64,000 nt of DNA. Source: an uncultured Nitrososphaerota archaeon. GTDB taxonomy: Archaea > Thermoproteota > Nitrososphaeria > Conexivisphaerales > DTJL01. The translations under genes and the position numbers were made by a program. Below are positions 52,934-64,000 of the stretch, one piece after another. Each line of letters begins with the position of its first letter. Position 1 is the first letter of the stretch. The DNA is taken from contig CAWJIE010000004.1 in the NCBI GenBank assembly GCA_963842885.1, positions 320,001-384,000 on the forward strand. Direction: 5' to 3'. Below the pieces are notes generated by a model, which had not been told where the DNA came from, searched no databases, and saw only the letters and a program-made list of their open reading frames with translations.

Positions 52934-53251
52934 CTACGGGCGCAGATGCCGCCAATTGCGCGCGGAGAGGTAAAAGATCCACCCCTTCGCGACGAGTGCA
53001 AGGACCGGGGTGGCTCGATTCGTTTCGGCAGACCTGCAGAGGGCAGCCCTTTCTATCGTGCTGAGCTTCTGGACGAAGGTCACAGGCCTGCGGGTGGCCT
53101 TCACCTGCACCAACCAAGCGCGACGACGCTTGACCGCCTTCATGTCGTAAGGGCCTCGGCTACCTGGCGACATCACAACGGACCACCCGCTTGCCCGAAG
53201 AGATTCGGCGACCTTCCTCTCCATGTCGCGGCCGTATTCGAAGTCCCACAA
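52934..53251 (-). CDS. Hjc-like PD-(D/E)XK nuclease
   Basis: GRDMERKV, SPGSRGPYD, LVQVK. Confidence 0.75.
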   Translation of the reverse strand: MWDFEYGRDMERKVAESLRASGWSVVMSPGSRGPYDMKAVKRRRAWLVQVKATRRPVTFVQKLSTIERAALCRSAETNRATPVLALVAKGWIFYLSARNWRHLRP

Positions 53252-53282
53252 CGGGCCGTTCGCCAGCCGGGTGGGCTGTCCC

Positions 53283-53636
53283 CTACTCCGGTTCTAGCCA
53301 GAACACGTTCCCGTCGAGGTCCTTGAACATGGCGTAGGGTCCCCAGCCGTCGTCCTTTGGTTTCTTGGTGAACTCCACGCCTTTCTTGGTCAATTCCTCG
53401 TACGTCTTGTTCAGGTCATCCACCCGGAACAGGATGCCCGTATTCCCCTCCTCTGGAGGGGTCGTCTTGCACAGGTGCAGCACTGGACCCTTGGACCCCC
53501 TGGGGGCGACAGCCACCCAGTGGCCCTCTTCTGCAACGACCTCGAACCCCAGCTTCTCCTCGTACCACTTCTTGGCTTTGGCGGCGTCGCTGACGACGAC
53601 TGCCATGGAGCCGATACCCTTGATCATGCCAATCAT
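53283..53636 (-). CDS. VOC/glyoxalase-family protein
   Basis: AKKWYEEKLGF...FRVDD...FKDLDGN. Confidence 0.88.
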   Translation of the reverse strand: MIGMIKGIGSMAVVVSDAAKAKKWYEEKLGFEVVAEEGHWVAVAPRGSKGPVLHLCKTTPPEEGNTGILFRVDDLNKTYEELTKKGVEFTKKPKDDGWGPYAMFKDLDGNVFWLEPE

Positions 53637-53784
53637 CTGCTCTTCCTCACCGGGCCAGATAAAAACCCATTGTCAGCCTCTCCTCCCGCGCGCACAAAGA
53701 CCCAAGGTCCACAGGTCAGCTAACTGGCCGGCCCAGCGATGCCATCGTTAATAAGGCGGCCCTATGCCGATTCACGCCTAGGGC

Positions 53785-54660
53785 TTGCAGGTTCAACTCA
53801 GCGACAAGCGTCTTCAGGGATACATCTTCGCCTTTCTGGCGGCCCTAGGCTATGGCTCGTCCTCTACGCTGGGCAAGTTCGCCCTGGGCTCGGGCAGTCC
53901 AATACTCATAGCCTCTTTCGGTGCCACAGTCGGCGGCCTCATCCTCTTCCCCTACAGGCCCACGGCCGGGATTGACCGCAGGAGCCTCCCGCTGTTCGCC
54001 TTGGTCACCCTGTGCGGGGCCATCATCGGGCCCCTCCTCTTCTACAGCGGCCTCAGGCTGACCTCTGCTGTGAGCGCGGCCCTCCTCTCCAACGGCGAGC
54101 TCCTGTTCACTTCAATCATAGCGATAGTGATCTTCAAGGAGTCTCTCAGCCGCCGCCAGTACTTCGCCAGCCTGCTGGTGGTGGCAGGCATCGTAGCCAT
54201 CTCCACCAACCTCAATCTGGGGGCCGTGTCCCTCCTGGGCAACCTCGCCGGCAGCCTCTGCGTCCTCGGGGCGATGTTATCTTGGAGCATAGAAAACAAC
54301 CTCGTCCGGAAGCTGAGCCAACGCGTGGACCCCATAGTGATGGCCAAGTGGAGGAACTTCGGCGGTGGCCTCGCGCTGTTGGCGTTCATCCTGATTTCAG
54401 GGCAGGGCATCTCTGTTGAGGCCTCCACCATCCCTTACATCGTGCTCATCGGGATAATCCCTGTCGGCCTCACCACGGTCTTCCTCTTCCTCGCCCTCAG
54501 CAGGATCGGGGCGGTCAGGACCCTCTTGATATTCTCCACCGGCTCCCTCTTCGGGACCCTCTACGCCCACATCCTTCTCGGAGAGCCCATCACATGGGTC
54601 CAGGCGGTCGGAGGGGCCATCCTATTCGCCGGGATAATCCTGGTCAGTCGCAGCGAGTGA
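53785..54660 (+). CDS. EamA/DMT transporter
   Basis: 10 TM helices in two repeats; FKESL and LGEPIT. Confidence 0.88.
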   Translation: MQVQLSDKRLQGYIFAFLAALGYGSSSTLGKFALGSGSPILIASFGATVGGLILFPYRPTAGIDRRSLPLFALVTLCGAIIGPLLFYSGLRLTSAVSAALLSNGELLFTSIIAIVIFKESLSRRQYFASLLVVAGIVAISTNLNLGAVSLLGNLAGSLCVLGAMLSWSIENNLVRKLSQRVDPIVMAKWRNFGGGLALLAFILISGQGISVEASTIPYIVLIGIIPVGLTTVFLFLALSRIGAVRTLLIFSTGSLFGTLYAHILLGEPITWVQAVGGAILFAGIILVSRSE

Positions 54661-54722
54661 GGCCCTGCAGGCAAGATGGAGGCAACCCTTTATTATCGGC
54701 CCGGGCTCCCCCTTCAAGATTC

Positions 54723-55175
54723 ATGAAGATAGTCTTCGTCTGCTCGGCCAACACCTGCCGAAGCCCCATGGCCGAGGGTTTCGCCAGGAGGCTCCTGAGC
54801 GGCAACGGCGTCTCCGGCGTCACGGTGGATTCCGCTGGGCTCGACGCCTTCGAAGGCGCGCCCCCCACCGAGGAGGCGATTGAAGTGATGAAGGCAAGAG
54901 GGGTGGACATCACGTCTCACAGATCCAAGCGATTCAGCTCGAACTTGGGAGAGGATGGCATGGTGCTCACGATGACGAAGTCACAGAAGGAGAGGATGCT
55001 GGCAGAGCACCCGGCCCTCGCCGGCAGGGTCTTCATGTTGGATGAATACGCCAGGAACACGCCCGAGGACATACCTGATCCCTTCAAGGGTCAGGTGGGC
55101 TACGAAGAGGCGGCAGACCACATCGAGTCCTCCGTGAAGCTGGTCTTGGGCCTGTCTTCAGAACATAGGAAATAG
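54723..55175 (+). CDS. Low-molecular-weight protein phosphatase family
   Basis: VCSANTCRSPMAE, SAG, DIPDP. Confidence 0.88.
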   Translation: MKIVFVCSANTCRSPMAEGFARRLLSGNGVSGVTVDSAGLDAFEGAPPTEEAIEVMKARGVDITSHRSKRFSSNLGEDGMVLTMTKSQKERMLAEHPALAGRVFMLDEYARNTPEDIPDPFKGQVGYEEAADHIESSVKLVLGLSSEHRK

Positions 55176-55236
55176 CAGTTCAAGTTGGATTTCTTGAAAC
55201 TGTTTTAAGCTGCGAGGCCGCCGTCAGCCCCGTTCC

Positions 55237-57321
55237 TTGGCGAAGGACCCAGTCTGCGGCATGTACGTGGACGAATCAACGGCCGAGCTCAAGGCTACCG
55301 TGAGGGGCACCACCTACTACTTCTGCAGCGAGACATGCCTGCAGCAGTTCGTCGCCCCGGAGAGGGCGCTCCGGACCCTGAAGCTCTCCTTGACCGTGTC
55401 GGCAGTCCTCGCCGTGCCCATCCTGCTCATTACGTACGTCACCCTGCTTCCGATGCATCTGGCTAACTACGTCCTCCTGGCCCTCGACACGCCTGTGCAG
55501 TTCATAGTGGGCTGGCGGTTCTACAGGGGGACCTACGACAGCGTCAGAAACAGGATGGGCAACATGGACGTGCTCATAGCGTTGGGCACCACGGCAGCTT
55601 GGGCGTACTCCGCCGTCGTCACGGTCTTCCCCAGCACGGCCCCATCGTCCAACACGTACTACGACACATCGGCCGTCATCATCACCCTGATCTTGGCAGG
55701 CAACTACCTGGAGCACGTCACAAAGGCCAGGGCATCCGACGCCGTGAGGAAGCTCATGGACCTCCAGCCCACCATGGCACGGAGGCTGAGAGGGGACGTC
55801 GAGGAGGAGGTGCCCGTCGAGCAGGTGGAGGTGGGCGATGTCCTCCTGGTGAAGCCGGGCGAGAAGGTCCCCGTGGACGGTGTCGTCCTCCAAGGCCCCT
55901 CCACGGTGGACGAATCCGCCGTGACTGGAGAGAGCATCCCTGTCGAGAAGGGCGAGGGCGACAAGGTCATCGGTGCCACGGTGAACAGGACGGGCCTGCT
56001 GAAGATGAGGGCCGAGAACGTCGGACAGGACACGACGCTGGCTCAGATAGTCAGGCTCGTGGAGGAGGCCCAGATAGGCCGGGCGCCCATACAACGCCTC
56101 GCCGATCGGATAGCCGCCTACTTCGTTCCGGTCGTGGTCTCGATCGCTGTCCTCGCCGGCCTCTCCTGGTTCTACCTTGGGCAGGTCGGGCTCAACTTCG
56201 CCGTCCTCATCTTCGTCTCCTGCGTCGTCATAGCGTGCCCCTGCGCCCTGGGCATAGCCACGCCTGCAGCCCTCTTAGTGGGGACGAGCAAGGGAGCCCA
56301 GAACGGCATCCTGATCAAGGGAGGTGAGAACCTTGAACGGGCTGGCAAGGTCGACGCGGTGGTCTTCGACAAGACGGGGACCCTGACCATCGGGAAGCCT
56401 TCCGTGACCGACGTCATACCTCTTGCGGGCTACGATGCCGACACGGTCTTGAGGATCGCGGCCTCGGTGGAGAGGGCTTCAGAACACCCCCTGGCCGAGG
56501 CGATAGTGACAGAGTCGTCTTCTAGGACCCTCCAGCCTCTCGAGGCCAAGGGCTTCGAGGCGGTGGCAGGCAGCGGCGTCAAGGCCGAAGTGGACGGCAG
56601 GAAGGTCGTCCTGGGGAACAGGAAGATGTTCGCGGGATTCGGGGAGCTGGCCGCCGTGGAGTCGAAGCTTGATGAGCTCGAGACGCAGGGGAAGACGGCC
56701 ATGATCCTGTCGGTAGACGGCAAGATCGCGGGCCTCATCGGGGTAGCCGACACCCTCAAGCCATCAGCCAGGGACGCCGTTCGCGCCCTGAAGAAGCTCG
56801 GGGTCAGCGTCGTCATGCTGACGGGTGACAATGCGAAAGTGGCTGCCGCGATTTCAAGGGAGGCCGGCATAGATCGCTACATCGCGGACGTCCTCCCGCA
56901 GCAGAAGGAGGAGGCCATAGAGTCCCTTCAGAGGGAGGGCCTCGTGGTGGCCATGGTGGGCGACGGCATCAACGACGCCCCGGCCCTGGCCAGGGCCGAC
57001 GTGGGCATCGCAATCGGCAGCGGAACAGACATCGCGAAGGAGACGGGAGGCATCGTGCTCATCAGGGACGACCTGAGGGACGTAGCCACGGCCATCAGGC
57101 TCAGCAGGAAGACCCTCGCGAAGATCAGGCAGAACCTGTTCTGGGCGTTCGCCTACAACGCCGTGCTGATACCCGTCGCCGCCGGAGCCCTCGTGCCGCT
57201 CTTCGGCATCGAGATGTACAACATCCTTCCGTTCCTGGCGGCCGGGGCGATGGCCGTGAGCTCCGTGACGGTGGTGGGCAACTCCCTGACGCTCTTCAGG
57301 TTCAAGGCGGCCGGAGGGTGA
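55237..57321 (+). CDS. copA: Cu-translocating P1B ATPase with N-terminal YHS/TRASH domain
   Basis: DPVCGM..YFCS, TGES, CPC, DKTGT, HP, GDGIND, YN, MAVSS. Confidence 0.93.
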   Translation: MAKDPVCGMYVDESTAELKATVRGTTYYFCSETCLQQFVAPERALRTLKLSLTVSAVLAVPILLITYVTLLPMHLANYVLLALDTPVQFIVGWRFYRGTYDSVRNRMGNMDVLIALGTTAAWAYSAVVTVFPSTAPSSNTYYDTSAVIITLILAGNYLEHVTKARASDAVRKLMDLQPTMARRLRGDVEEEVPVEQVEVGDVLLVKPGEKVPVDGVVLQGPSTVDESAVTGESIPVEKGEGDKVIGATVNRTGLLKMRAENVGQDTTLAQIVRLVEEAQIGRAPIQRLADRIAAYFVPVVVSIAVLAGLSWFYLGQVGLNFAVLIFVSCVVIACPCALGIATPAALLVGTSKGAQNGILIKGGENLERAGKVDAVVFDKTGTLTIGKPSVTDVIPLAGYDADTVLRIAASVERASEHPLAEAIVTESSSRTLQPLEAKGFEAVAGSGVKAEVDGRKVVLGNRKMFAGFGELAAVESKLDELETQGKTAMILSVDGKIAGLIGVADTLKPSARDAVRALKKLGVSVVMLTGDNAKVAAAISREAGIDRYIADVLPQQKEEAIESLQREGLVVAMVGDGINDAPALARADVGIAIGSGTDIAKETGGIVLIRDDLRDVATAIRLSRKTLAKIRQNLFWAFAYNAVLIPVAAGALVPLFGIEMYNILPFLAAGAMAVSSVTVVGNSLTLFRFKAAGG

Positions 57322-57327
57322 GGTAAC

Positions 57328-57573
57328 ATGAACGATCCTCCCGACGCCAGCTCCAGGGCGGTCTTCCTGGTCAGGGAAGTCAGCTGCTCCGCCTGCGGCC
57401 TGGCGATAGAGAAGCAGGTGAAGAAACTGGAAGGCGTAAAGGACGTCAGGACGGCGGTGATGTTGAACAAGGTCTTCGTAGACTTCGACCCCTCGAAGGT
57501 CGGCTTGGATGAAATCAAGAAGGCCGTGGACAGGACGGGCTACGGCGCCTACATGACCCTGACGGAGCGCTGA
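57328..57573 (+). CDS. Heavy-metal-associated (CopZ-like) chaperone
   Basis: SCSAC in an HMA fold; follows copA. Confidence 0.85.
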   Translation: MNDPPDASSRAVFLVREVSCSACGLAIEKQVKKLEGVKDVRTAVMLNKVFVDFDPSKVGLDEIKKAVDRTGYGAYMTLTER

Positions 57574-57590
57574 ACCGAAGCTGGGCTCGC

Positions 57591-57926
57591 TCAGACCGGC
57601 AGGTTGACCTTCCCATCGTACTTCTTGATGCCGCCAAGCTCTATTTGCTTGATGACCTGCTGCGACCTGATCTTCCCCACATAGGACGACATGGCCTTGG
57701 CGTTGCCCTCGCCGTCGACGAGGGCGACCATGACCGTGCCGGGGTTTATTTCGACCACGGCGTAGAGGTTCTCCTCGCCCACCGGCTCGAAGCCGTCCTT
57801 CGTACTCTTGAGGAATATGGCGGCTCTCGCGAACCCCGTGTACTTCGCCAGAAGCTTCTCGGCATCGTCGCTTCTCTTCTGGCCGATCTGGGTGGCCTCG
57901 AAATACTGCACGAACTCTACCTCCAA
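57591..57926 (-). CDS. Hypothetical protein
   Basis: 111-aa ORF with host-like codon usage. Confidence 0.55.
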   Translation of the reverse strand: MEVEFVQYFEATQIGQKRSDDAEKLLAKYTGFARAAIFLKSTKDGFEPVGEENLYAVVEINPGTVMVALVDGEGNAKAMSSYVGKIRSQQVIKQIELGGIKKYDGKVNLPV

Positions 57927-57994
57927 GGAGCTCTGATATTTATCCTACGGAGATTCCGAAGGAATATGACCCCGCATGGCGGGGGCTCGGCCCG

Positions 57995-59642
57995 TCAAAG
58001 GCCCGTGCTGCCCACGGCATATCTCTGCAGGAGCTTCGAGAACTTCATGAAGTCCTTTGCCGCGGCGTCAGGGTCGACCTCTTTGAATCTCACTCTCGAC
58101 CCCGGCTTGAGCTGCGAGAACCTGCCCATGTCCGAGGGCAGTATGGCCGCCGCCAGCTGATATCCGCCAGTCGTGGGGCAGTCTTCGTTGCAATACGATG
58201 GAGGAGCCGTCGGGCGGGACCTGAACGTAACCCGGATAGGTCGGATAGGTGAGCACCTGTCCTCTGGCTCCAGGGATCCTTTCAGAACGCTTCAGTCGGT
58301 ATCCCGTCCTATCAGAGGCCTCGCTCACCGAGAACTCAGAGCCGAAGAAGGCGTCTTCTGTAGCCGGTTCGCTATCACGGAGAGAACCCCTGACAGCCCT
58401 AATCGTGTCCCCGCTCAGGGGCGTCCTTCCGGATGCAGGCACGCTGCGCATAAGCACATGGTCTGAAAGCCCCTCCACGCCCAGCATGTCGCCAGCCTTC
58501 AGGGCCCTTCCCGAGTGGCCTCCGAAGCCGCCTTTGGAATAGGTCGAGCAGCTCCCCATGACGGGCTCGACGGCGAGCTTGCCCGCCACCGACAGGTAGT
58601 TCAGGAGGCCCACAGCCCTCCCCAGCGCCAGCTCGTCTCCCTCCCTCAGCAGGAGGGGCGAGTAGGTCTCGGCCTTACTCCCGCCGACGGTCAGCTCGCA
58701 ATCGCTTCCGGTGACGGCTACCACCACGTCCGCGAGCGCCCTGACGCTGAAGAACCCACCCATCACCTCTATGACAGGGGAACCTCCCGGGTTGCCCACC
58801 ACATAGTTCGACTGCAACTGAGAGAGGACGTCCAGGCCGCCCGAACTGGGCACCCCCAGATGTCTGAAGCCGGGCCTCCCCATGTCCTGCACCGTCGCGA
58901 ACAGGCCAGGCTGCCTCACTTCCAGGACCGGGTTCCCAGCCACGAAGGAGGGAGGCGCGGGCGAAGCCTTCTTCACGAACTTGAATTCCTCGGCCGATAT
59001 GGGCTCGAACTTCACTCGGTCACCGGGGCCCACGGGCGTCGGAGGCGACGCGTGGGCGTTGAACATGGTCAGGGGGGTCCGCCCGATCAGGCGCCAGCCG
59101 CCCGGCGTCTCCAGGCCATAGATGCCCGTCTGCGCCCCGGCTATCCCCACCGACCCCGGCTGCACCCTGGTCCTGGGCGTCTCCAGCCTGTCCGCCCTTA
59201 TCTTCGGGTCCACCTCGTCGAGATAGACGAACCCGGGCGCGAAGCCCAGCATCATGCAGGTGTACTCCTTGGACGAATGCAAAGTGACGACCTCCTCCGG
59301 CTTGAGCCCGGCGTTCCTTGCCACCCACTCCAGGTCCGGGGCGAACCCTTCTTCGTAGCACACGGGGACCTTGACCAGCCTCCCCCTGGCTTCGTCGGCC
59401 GCCCCTGCAGCCCATGCCTTCTCCGCCGCCCTGATGACTGAAGCGACCTTGGCGGACGTGGGGTCGACCCTGGCCGCCAGGCTCGCGTAGGCGGGCGTCA
59501 CTTCGTCCACCCCCTCCGTCTTGTAGAGCGCCGCGAACAGGTGGTGCACTTTGGCGCTGCAGGAGAGGCTTATCTCGTCCCCGACCTCGATATGGAGGAC
59601 CGACCCTCCCTGCACGGAGAATCGCAGCCTGTCGTAGATCAT
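57995..59642 (-). CDS. 5-oxoprolinase PxpB-PxpC fusion, frameshift near 58190
   Basis: GFAPGF, GSVGIAG, PGGWRLIGRT, TVQDMGRPG, SDRTGYRL; after the shift DCPTTGGY continues to a stop at 57995. Confidence 0.85.
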
Positions 59643-60439
59643 GGAGCCCGGCTCCCGAATAGCAAGGAGAGGGGGAGGACCTCCACCCCTTCATCCTTCA
59701 GCCTGCGCCGGACCTCGGCAGCTATGGCGGGGGCGCCCGGCGTATCGCCATGGATGCAAAGGGTGTCCACGTCCAGACTGACCGGCCTCCCGGTCACGGA
59801 GATGACGGAGCCCCGCTTGACCATCATGGAGGCGCGCTCGGCCGCGACCCTTGGGTCGGTTATGAGGGCGAGCGGCGAACCCCTCGGGGCCAGCCTTCCA
59901 TCGTCGAGGTAGCCCCTTTCGGGGAATCCCTCCCTTGCTACGACGAGCCCCGCCTTCCTCGCGATTCTCTCAATCACGGAGTTGGGAGGGGCTATCAGGA
60001 TCAGCTCCATGGAGATGGCGCTCACCGCTTCGACTATGGCCCTGGCGTAGTCCTCCCTCCCCCAGGCCATGTTGTAGAGGGCGCCGTGAGGCTTCACATG
60101 CTGCATTTTCACCCCAAGAGATTCTGAGATGCCCCTCAGGGCCGAGACCTGATAGAGCACCGCGGCCTCCAGCTCCTCCACGGGCATCTCCATCTCGTTC
60201 CTCCCGAAGCCCTCTCGGTCAGGGAAGCTGGGGTGGGCCCCAATCTGGACGCCGTTGGCCCTGCAGAGCTCCACCGTCCTCCTGATGGTGAACGGGTCGC
60301 CTCCATGGAAGCCGCAGGCGAGGCTAGCCGACGAAACCACCTTGACCAGCTCCTCGTCCGACCCCACCCTCGACGCCCCGAAGGACTCGCCCATGTCGGC
60401 GTTGAGGTCCACCTTCCCCCTCAATCGTCCTGAAATCAT
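59639..60439 (-). CDS. pxpA: 5-oxoprolinase subunit A (LamB/YcsF)
   Basis: DLNADMGES, ACGFHGGD, HVKPHGALYN, CIHGD. Confidence 0.93.
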   Translation of the reverse strand: MISGRLRGKVDLNADMGESFGASRVGSDEELVKVVSSASLACGFHGGDPFTIRRTVELCRANGVQIGAHPSFPDREGFGRNEMEMPVEELEAAVLYQVSALRGISESLGVKMQHVKPHGALYNMAWGREDYARAIVEAVSAISMELILIAPPNSVIERIARKAGLVVAREGFPERGYLDDGRLAPRGSPLALITDPRVAAERASMMVKRGSVISVTGRPVSLDVDTLCIHGDTPGAPAIAAEVRRRLKDEGVEVLPLSLLFGSRAP

Positions 60440-60472
60440 ACCCCGTTCGATTTAAAGTTGAACATGGAGCTA

Positions 60473-60525
60473 TGGTGCGGCCGCTAAGGCGAATCGAACC
60501 CCTGTCCAAGGCTCCATCGGGCCTC
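60473..60525 (-). pseudogene. Degenerate, intronless 3' copy of tRNA-His
   Basis: Aligns with 61625-61692 minus the intron, with a few substitutions. Confidence 0.75.
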
Positions 60526-60593
60526 CAACGTTGAAAACAACCTCTCGCATCGGGTTATCTCTTAATAGCACGGATGTAAGCAAACCACCTACG

Positions 60594-61572
60594 ATGAGAC
60601 AGGCCTTCGTCATCAGGGAGTTCCAGCCTGCGGACTACGAGCGGATGGCGGAGGTCGCCCATTCGAATCGATCCTCAATTCAATCCGACGGTCGAGGGGC
60701 TTCGATTCGATGATGATAGCTTCGATCGGACGAAGTACATCCTAAGACGTTACGTTGCCCTTGAGCATGGCGGGGAAAAGGCCATCGCCTTCGGCGACTT
60801 CGCCCATACCCCCCAGACCTTCCACCCCCTCATATTCTTCATGGACATTCAGATCGACCCGCCGTGGCAGGGGAGGGGCGCGGGCTCCGCGCTCTGGGCG
60901 CGGTTGGAGTCGGACCTCCATGACCTTGGAGCCATCTCCGTTAGGGCAGAGACCAGGGAGGACAGGCCGGCCGCCATCTCCTTCCTGATGAACAGAGGCT
61001 TCACAGAGACCATGCGCATGTGGGAGAGCCACCTACGAGTGAGCGATGCCGATTCGACAGGGCTCGGGGAGCAGGTCGAACGCCTGAAGGCTGGAGGGAT
61101 CAGCGTCTCCACCCTGGAGGCGGACTCGAAGAAGGACCCATCATGTCTCAGCAAACTCCACGGCCTCTACCTCTCCGTCATGCCGGACATACCTCTGCCA
61201 GGCCCCTTCACGGAGGTGCCCCTCGAGGAGTTCCTGAACCAGTACGTCAGGAGGCCAGGCACCCTGCCAGATGGCTTCTTCATAGCCAGGGACGGGGAGA
61301 ACTATGTCGGGCTCAGCAGCCTCTGGAGGGAGGAGAACACGTCCGACCTATGGCAGATCATAACCGGCGTCCGGAGGGAGTACAGGCGCCGGGGCGTCGC
61401 CTTGGCGCTCAAGCTCAGCGTCATGGATTACGCCAAGAAGCGCGGCGCCGAAACGATCAAGACCTGGAACGCGTCGACGAACCTCGCAATGCTTTCCCTG
61501 AACGAGAGGCTCGGGTACCGCAGGAAGGTCGGATGGATCGCCTTCGAGAAGAGCCTCTCAAGTCCAATGTAA
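60594..61572 (+). CDS. Tandem GNAT acetyltransferase, two frameshifts near 60665 and 60830
   Basis: WQGRGAGS...FLMNRGF; TGVRREYRRRGVA...NLAMLSLNERLGY. Confidence 0.8.
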
Positions 61573-61627
61573 TAGCCGGGAAGGGCATCCCACTCGATTC
61601 AGGGATGAACGTGGGTGTCGCAGATGG

Positions 61628-61718
61628 TGGGGCCGCCAAGGGGAATCGAACCCCTGCCCAAGGCTTTCTGCCGCGCAGCGACCACAGGCCTCGATACTAC
61701 CACTATACGATGGCGGCC
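61628..61718 (-). tRNA. tRNA-His(GTG) with 37/38 intron (61666-61681); G-1 and CCA encoded
   Basis: GAGGC-CT-GTG-GA-GCCTT arm; BHB helix CTGT/GCAG; C discriminator. Confidence 0.92.
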
Positions 61719-61952
61719 ACTAATCGAATCAGACACGAATGAAATCGGTAATTAAGCTTTCGCCGACGGGACGCAGCGACAGCAGGAGACCCGGCTATCG
61801 GACATAAGGGACGAACGTGAGCATGAGAACAGTCGAGCGACAGCGGTATCCCGAGCTTGAGGAATTCGCCGAAGCTGAGCCTTCGCTACCAGATCGGCCG
61901 CTTCCGCGCAGCCTCTTATCTACGGTGCTCTGCCAAACTTCCCGGAGTCAGC

Positions 61953-62240
61953 TTACCCGAAGAGCTTCCGCGCTTCCCGCTTGGACACGGCGGTGAGGGT
62001 CTCTGTGGCAACTATGTGGGCCTGGGCGAGGAAGAAATCCATGACCGTCTTGACGTCTGGAGCCTCGACGACCATGACGTTGTCGTACCTCCCCAGAGTG
62101 TAGAAGTCGCTGCGAACCTTCAGTCCCTTCTTCGCAAATTGCGCCTCCAGCTTGTCCTCCTCCGCAAGGTCCGCCTTGGTGAGCTTCTTCCGGAACTTCA
62201 GCAGTGTGACGAACCACATTGCAGCTACACTTCGTTTCAT
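61953..62240 (-). CDS. GYD-domain protein
   Basis: YTLGRYDNVMVVEAPD...TETLTA. Confidence 0.8.
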   Translation of the reverse strand: MKRSVAAMWFVTLLKFRKKLTKADLAEEDKLEAQFAKKGLKVRSDFYTLGRYDNVMVVEAPDVKTVMDFFLAQAHIVATETLTAVSKREARKLFG

Positions 62241-62358
62241 ATGGCTAATAAGCTTTCAGGCCTCCGGGGCGCTTCGTTCGGACGCTTGATGAAGGGCCCT
62301 TCGTGAGGCCTCTAAAGCTTATATGGAGCCCGAAGGCCAGTTAAGACTCGAGTTTACT

Positions 62359-62751
62359 TTGAGCCATCCAACGGACCTCGGGGCCGTCAAAGAAGGCTCT
62401 TACGTAGTCCTCGACGGCGAACCCTGCAAAGTCGTGCAGTCGGACAAGAGCAAGCCGGGGAAGCACGGCGCCGCAAAGATCAGGCTTGCGGCCGTATCGA
62501 TCTTCACGGGCTCGAAGCATGCCTACGTGGGCCCCTCGGCTTCAAGGATAGAGGTCCCCAACATCGACAAGCGGAGCGGCCAGGTCCTCTCTATGCTGCC
62601 CAACTCCATCCAGATCATGGATATGGAGACCTACGAGAACTTCGAGACGAACCTCGTGGAGGACGAGATAAGGGCGAAGGTCCAGCAGGGGTCAGAGGTC
62701 GAGTACTGGTCCGTGATGGGGAAGGTCCGCATCATGCGCGTCAAAGGATAG
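62359..62751 (+). CDS. eif5a: Translation factor aIF5A
   Basis: SKPGKHGAAK hypusine loop; QIMDMETYE. Confidence 0.95.
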   Translation: MSHPTDLGAVKEGSYVVLDGEPCKVVQSDKSKPGKHGAAKIRLAAVSIFTGSKHAYVGPSASRIEVPNIDKRSGQVLSMLPNSIQIMDMETYENFETNLVEDEIRAKVQQGSEVEYWSVMGKVRIMRVKG

Positions 62752-62827
62752 ACTGAAGCAGGCCTCGTTTCCATTAGCAATACAACGTTCTTATCGCAGT
62801 TCAGGTTGTCTACGCCGCGCAGCGACC

Positions 62828-63379
62828 ATGCTCGTCAGACGTGCAACCATCGCCGACGCCGATTCGATCGCACATGTCCAAGTGGATACCTGGCGAGCCT
62901 CCTATCGGGGGATAATCCCCGCCAGCTACCTCGACGGGCTGTCATACGAAAGGTCCAGCGGCATGTGGGCAAGGGCCATCCGAGGAAGGGAAAAGGGATC
63001 TGGCGTCCTCGTGGCTCAGGAGGAGGGTGGGGCCATCGTCGGGTTCGCTTCATTCGGCCCAGAGCGGACAAGGGACCCGAATTATAGGGGCGAACTCTAC
63101 GCCGTCTACGTCCTCCAGGGAAGTCAGAAGAGGGGGATCGGTTCAACCCTGGTAGTGTTTGCGTCGAGGGAGCTGCTGGAGAAAGGCTTCACTTCCATGC
63201 TGCTGTGGGTCCTGGTCGAGAACCCGTCTCGGCGGTTCTACGAGAAGCTGGGGGGCCAATATCTTCGCGACCAGTCGATTGAAATCGGCGGGGCGAAGCT
63301 GCAGGAAGTTGCCTACGGCTGGAAGGACCTCTCTTCTCTGGAGGGCCTCCTTCAGGCACGTCTCCGGAGCCAAAGTTAA
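62828..63379 (+). CDS. GNAT acetyltransferase
   Basis: GELYAVYV...QKRGIGS...NPSRRFYEKLGG. Confidence 0.9.
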   Translation: MLVRRATIADADSIAHVQVDTWRASYRGIIPASYLDGLSYERSSGMWARAIRGREKGSGVLVAQEEGGAIVGFASFGPERTRDPNYRGELYAVYVLQGSQKRGIGSTLVVFASRELLEKGFTSMLLWVLVENPSRRFYEKLGGQYLRDQSIEIGGAKLQEVAYGWKDLSSLEGLLQARLRSQS

Positions 63380-63620
63380 TACGCACGTCCCATTGGTCTC
63401 ATTCTCGCGAAGGCGGAGGTCCGTCAGCGGAAGGAGGGCAGCCACCGACGGGCAAGCCGACCCTCTCGGATGACTCCAGAGAGGAGGATGAAGATCACGC
63501 CCTCCTACGCCGGAAATCCTCCCGCCCTCCATCGCTCCTGCCTAGACGCCCCCCCCCAAGCCACAGGATGAAAGGCATAAGTGTCCATGCCCGCCCTAGA
63601 GGACCGGCTCGAGACCTCCA

Positions 63621-64000
63621 ATGGCTCACAGAGGGGATGACGACGGGCCGGCCGTCAGGCTTGAAAGGATCTCCAAGAGCTTCGGCCCGATCAAGGCGGT
63701 GGACGGGCTCAGCATGGAGGTGCGAAAGGGCACCATCCACGGGCTCCTCGGCCCAAACGCTGCGGGCAAGACGACGACCATCAAGCTGATGACGGGTAAG
63801 CTGAAGCCCGACTCGGGTTCGGCCACCGTCCTGGGCCAGGCGATGCCTGAGGGCTATGGCAAGATCGCCGCCTCGGTGGGAGTCATGCCTCAGGGGCAGG
63901 CCCTGTATGGCGACCTCTCCGCGGCCCAGAACCTCCGCTTCTTCGCTTCTCTTCAGGACATGCGAGGTCCCGGCGCCAGGACCAGGATCGACGAGCTGCT
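63621..64000 (+). CDS. ABC transporter ATP-binding protein (partial)
   Basis: KAVDGLS...GLLGPNAAGKTT Walker A; Q-loop MPQ. Confidence 0.88.
   Translation, partial: MAHRGDDDGPAVRLERISKSFGPIKAVDGLSMEVRKGTIHGLLGPNAAGKTTTIKLMTGKLKPDSGSATVLGQAMPEGYGKIAASVGVMPQGQALYGDLSAAQNLRFFASLQDMRGPGARTRIDEL

Noticed and set aside
55276-60285. Long alternative-frame ORFs over copA and the pxp genes
   Set aside because: Expected by-products of high GC3 coding sequence; no motifs.

Overview
Archaeal chromosomal window, TACK lineage and most like a Nitrososphaeria/Thaumarchaeota relative (16S-23S operon with no spacer tRNA or 5S, Elf1, aIF5A, multi-intron tRNAs). Layout: valS-aRF1-pyrH core genes, then an ~18.7 kb element integrated in tRNA-Leu(CAA) (3321-22027). 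The element carries a tyrosine integrase, a SWIM/Cas4-like/DDE/methyltransferase operon, a second DDE gene, a DpnII-type R-M pair and a run of cargo genes separated by a recurring hairpin-forming repeat. Next come a cdc6-linked replication origin flanked by DP1 and DP2 genes, core genes, the rRNA operon and a high-GC metabolic/metal-resistance region. The three strongest signals are: (1) both DNA polymerase D subunits are near full length but have lost catalytic residues; (2) an integron-like array with non-canonical hairpin sites; (3) a translationally coupled Cas4-like plus DDE integrase module beside that array. Several genes carry single frameshifts, so assembly indels are likely and gene splits are treated cautiously. 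All family calls come from motif recognition by eye; no searches or folding programs were run.
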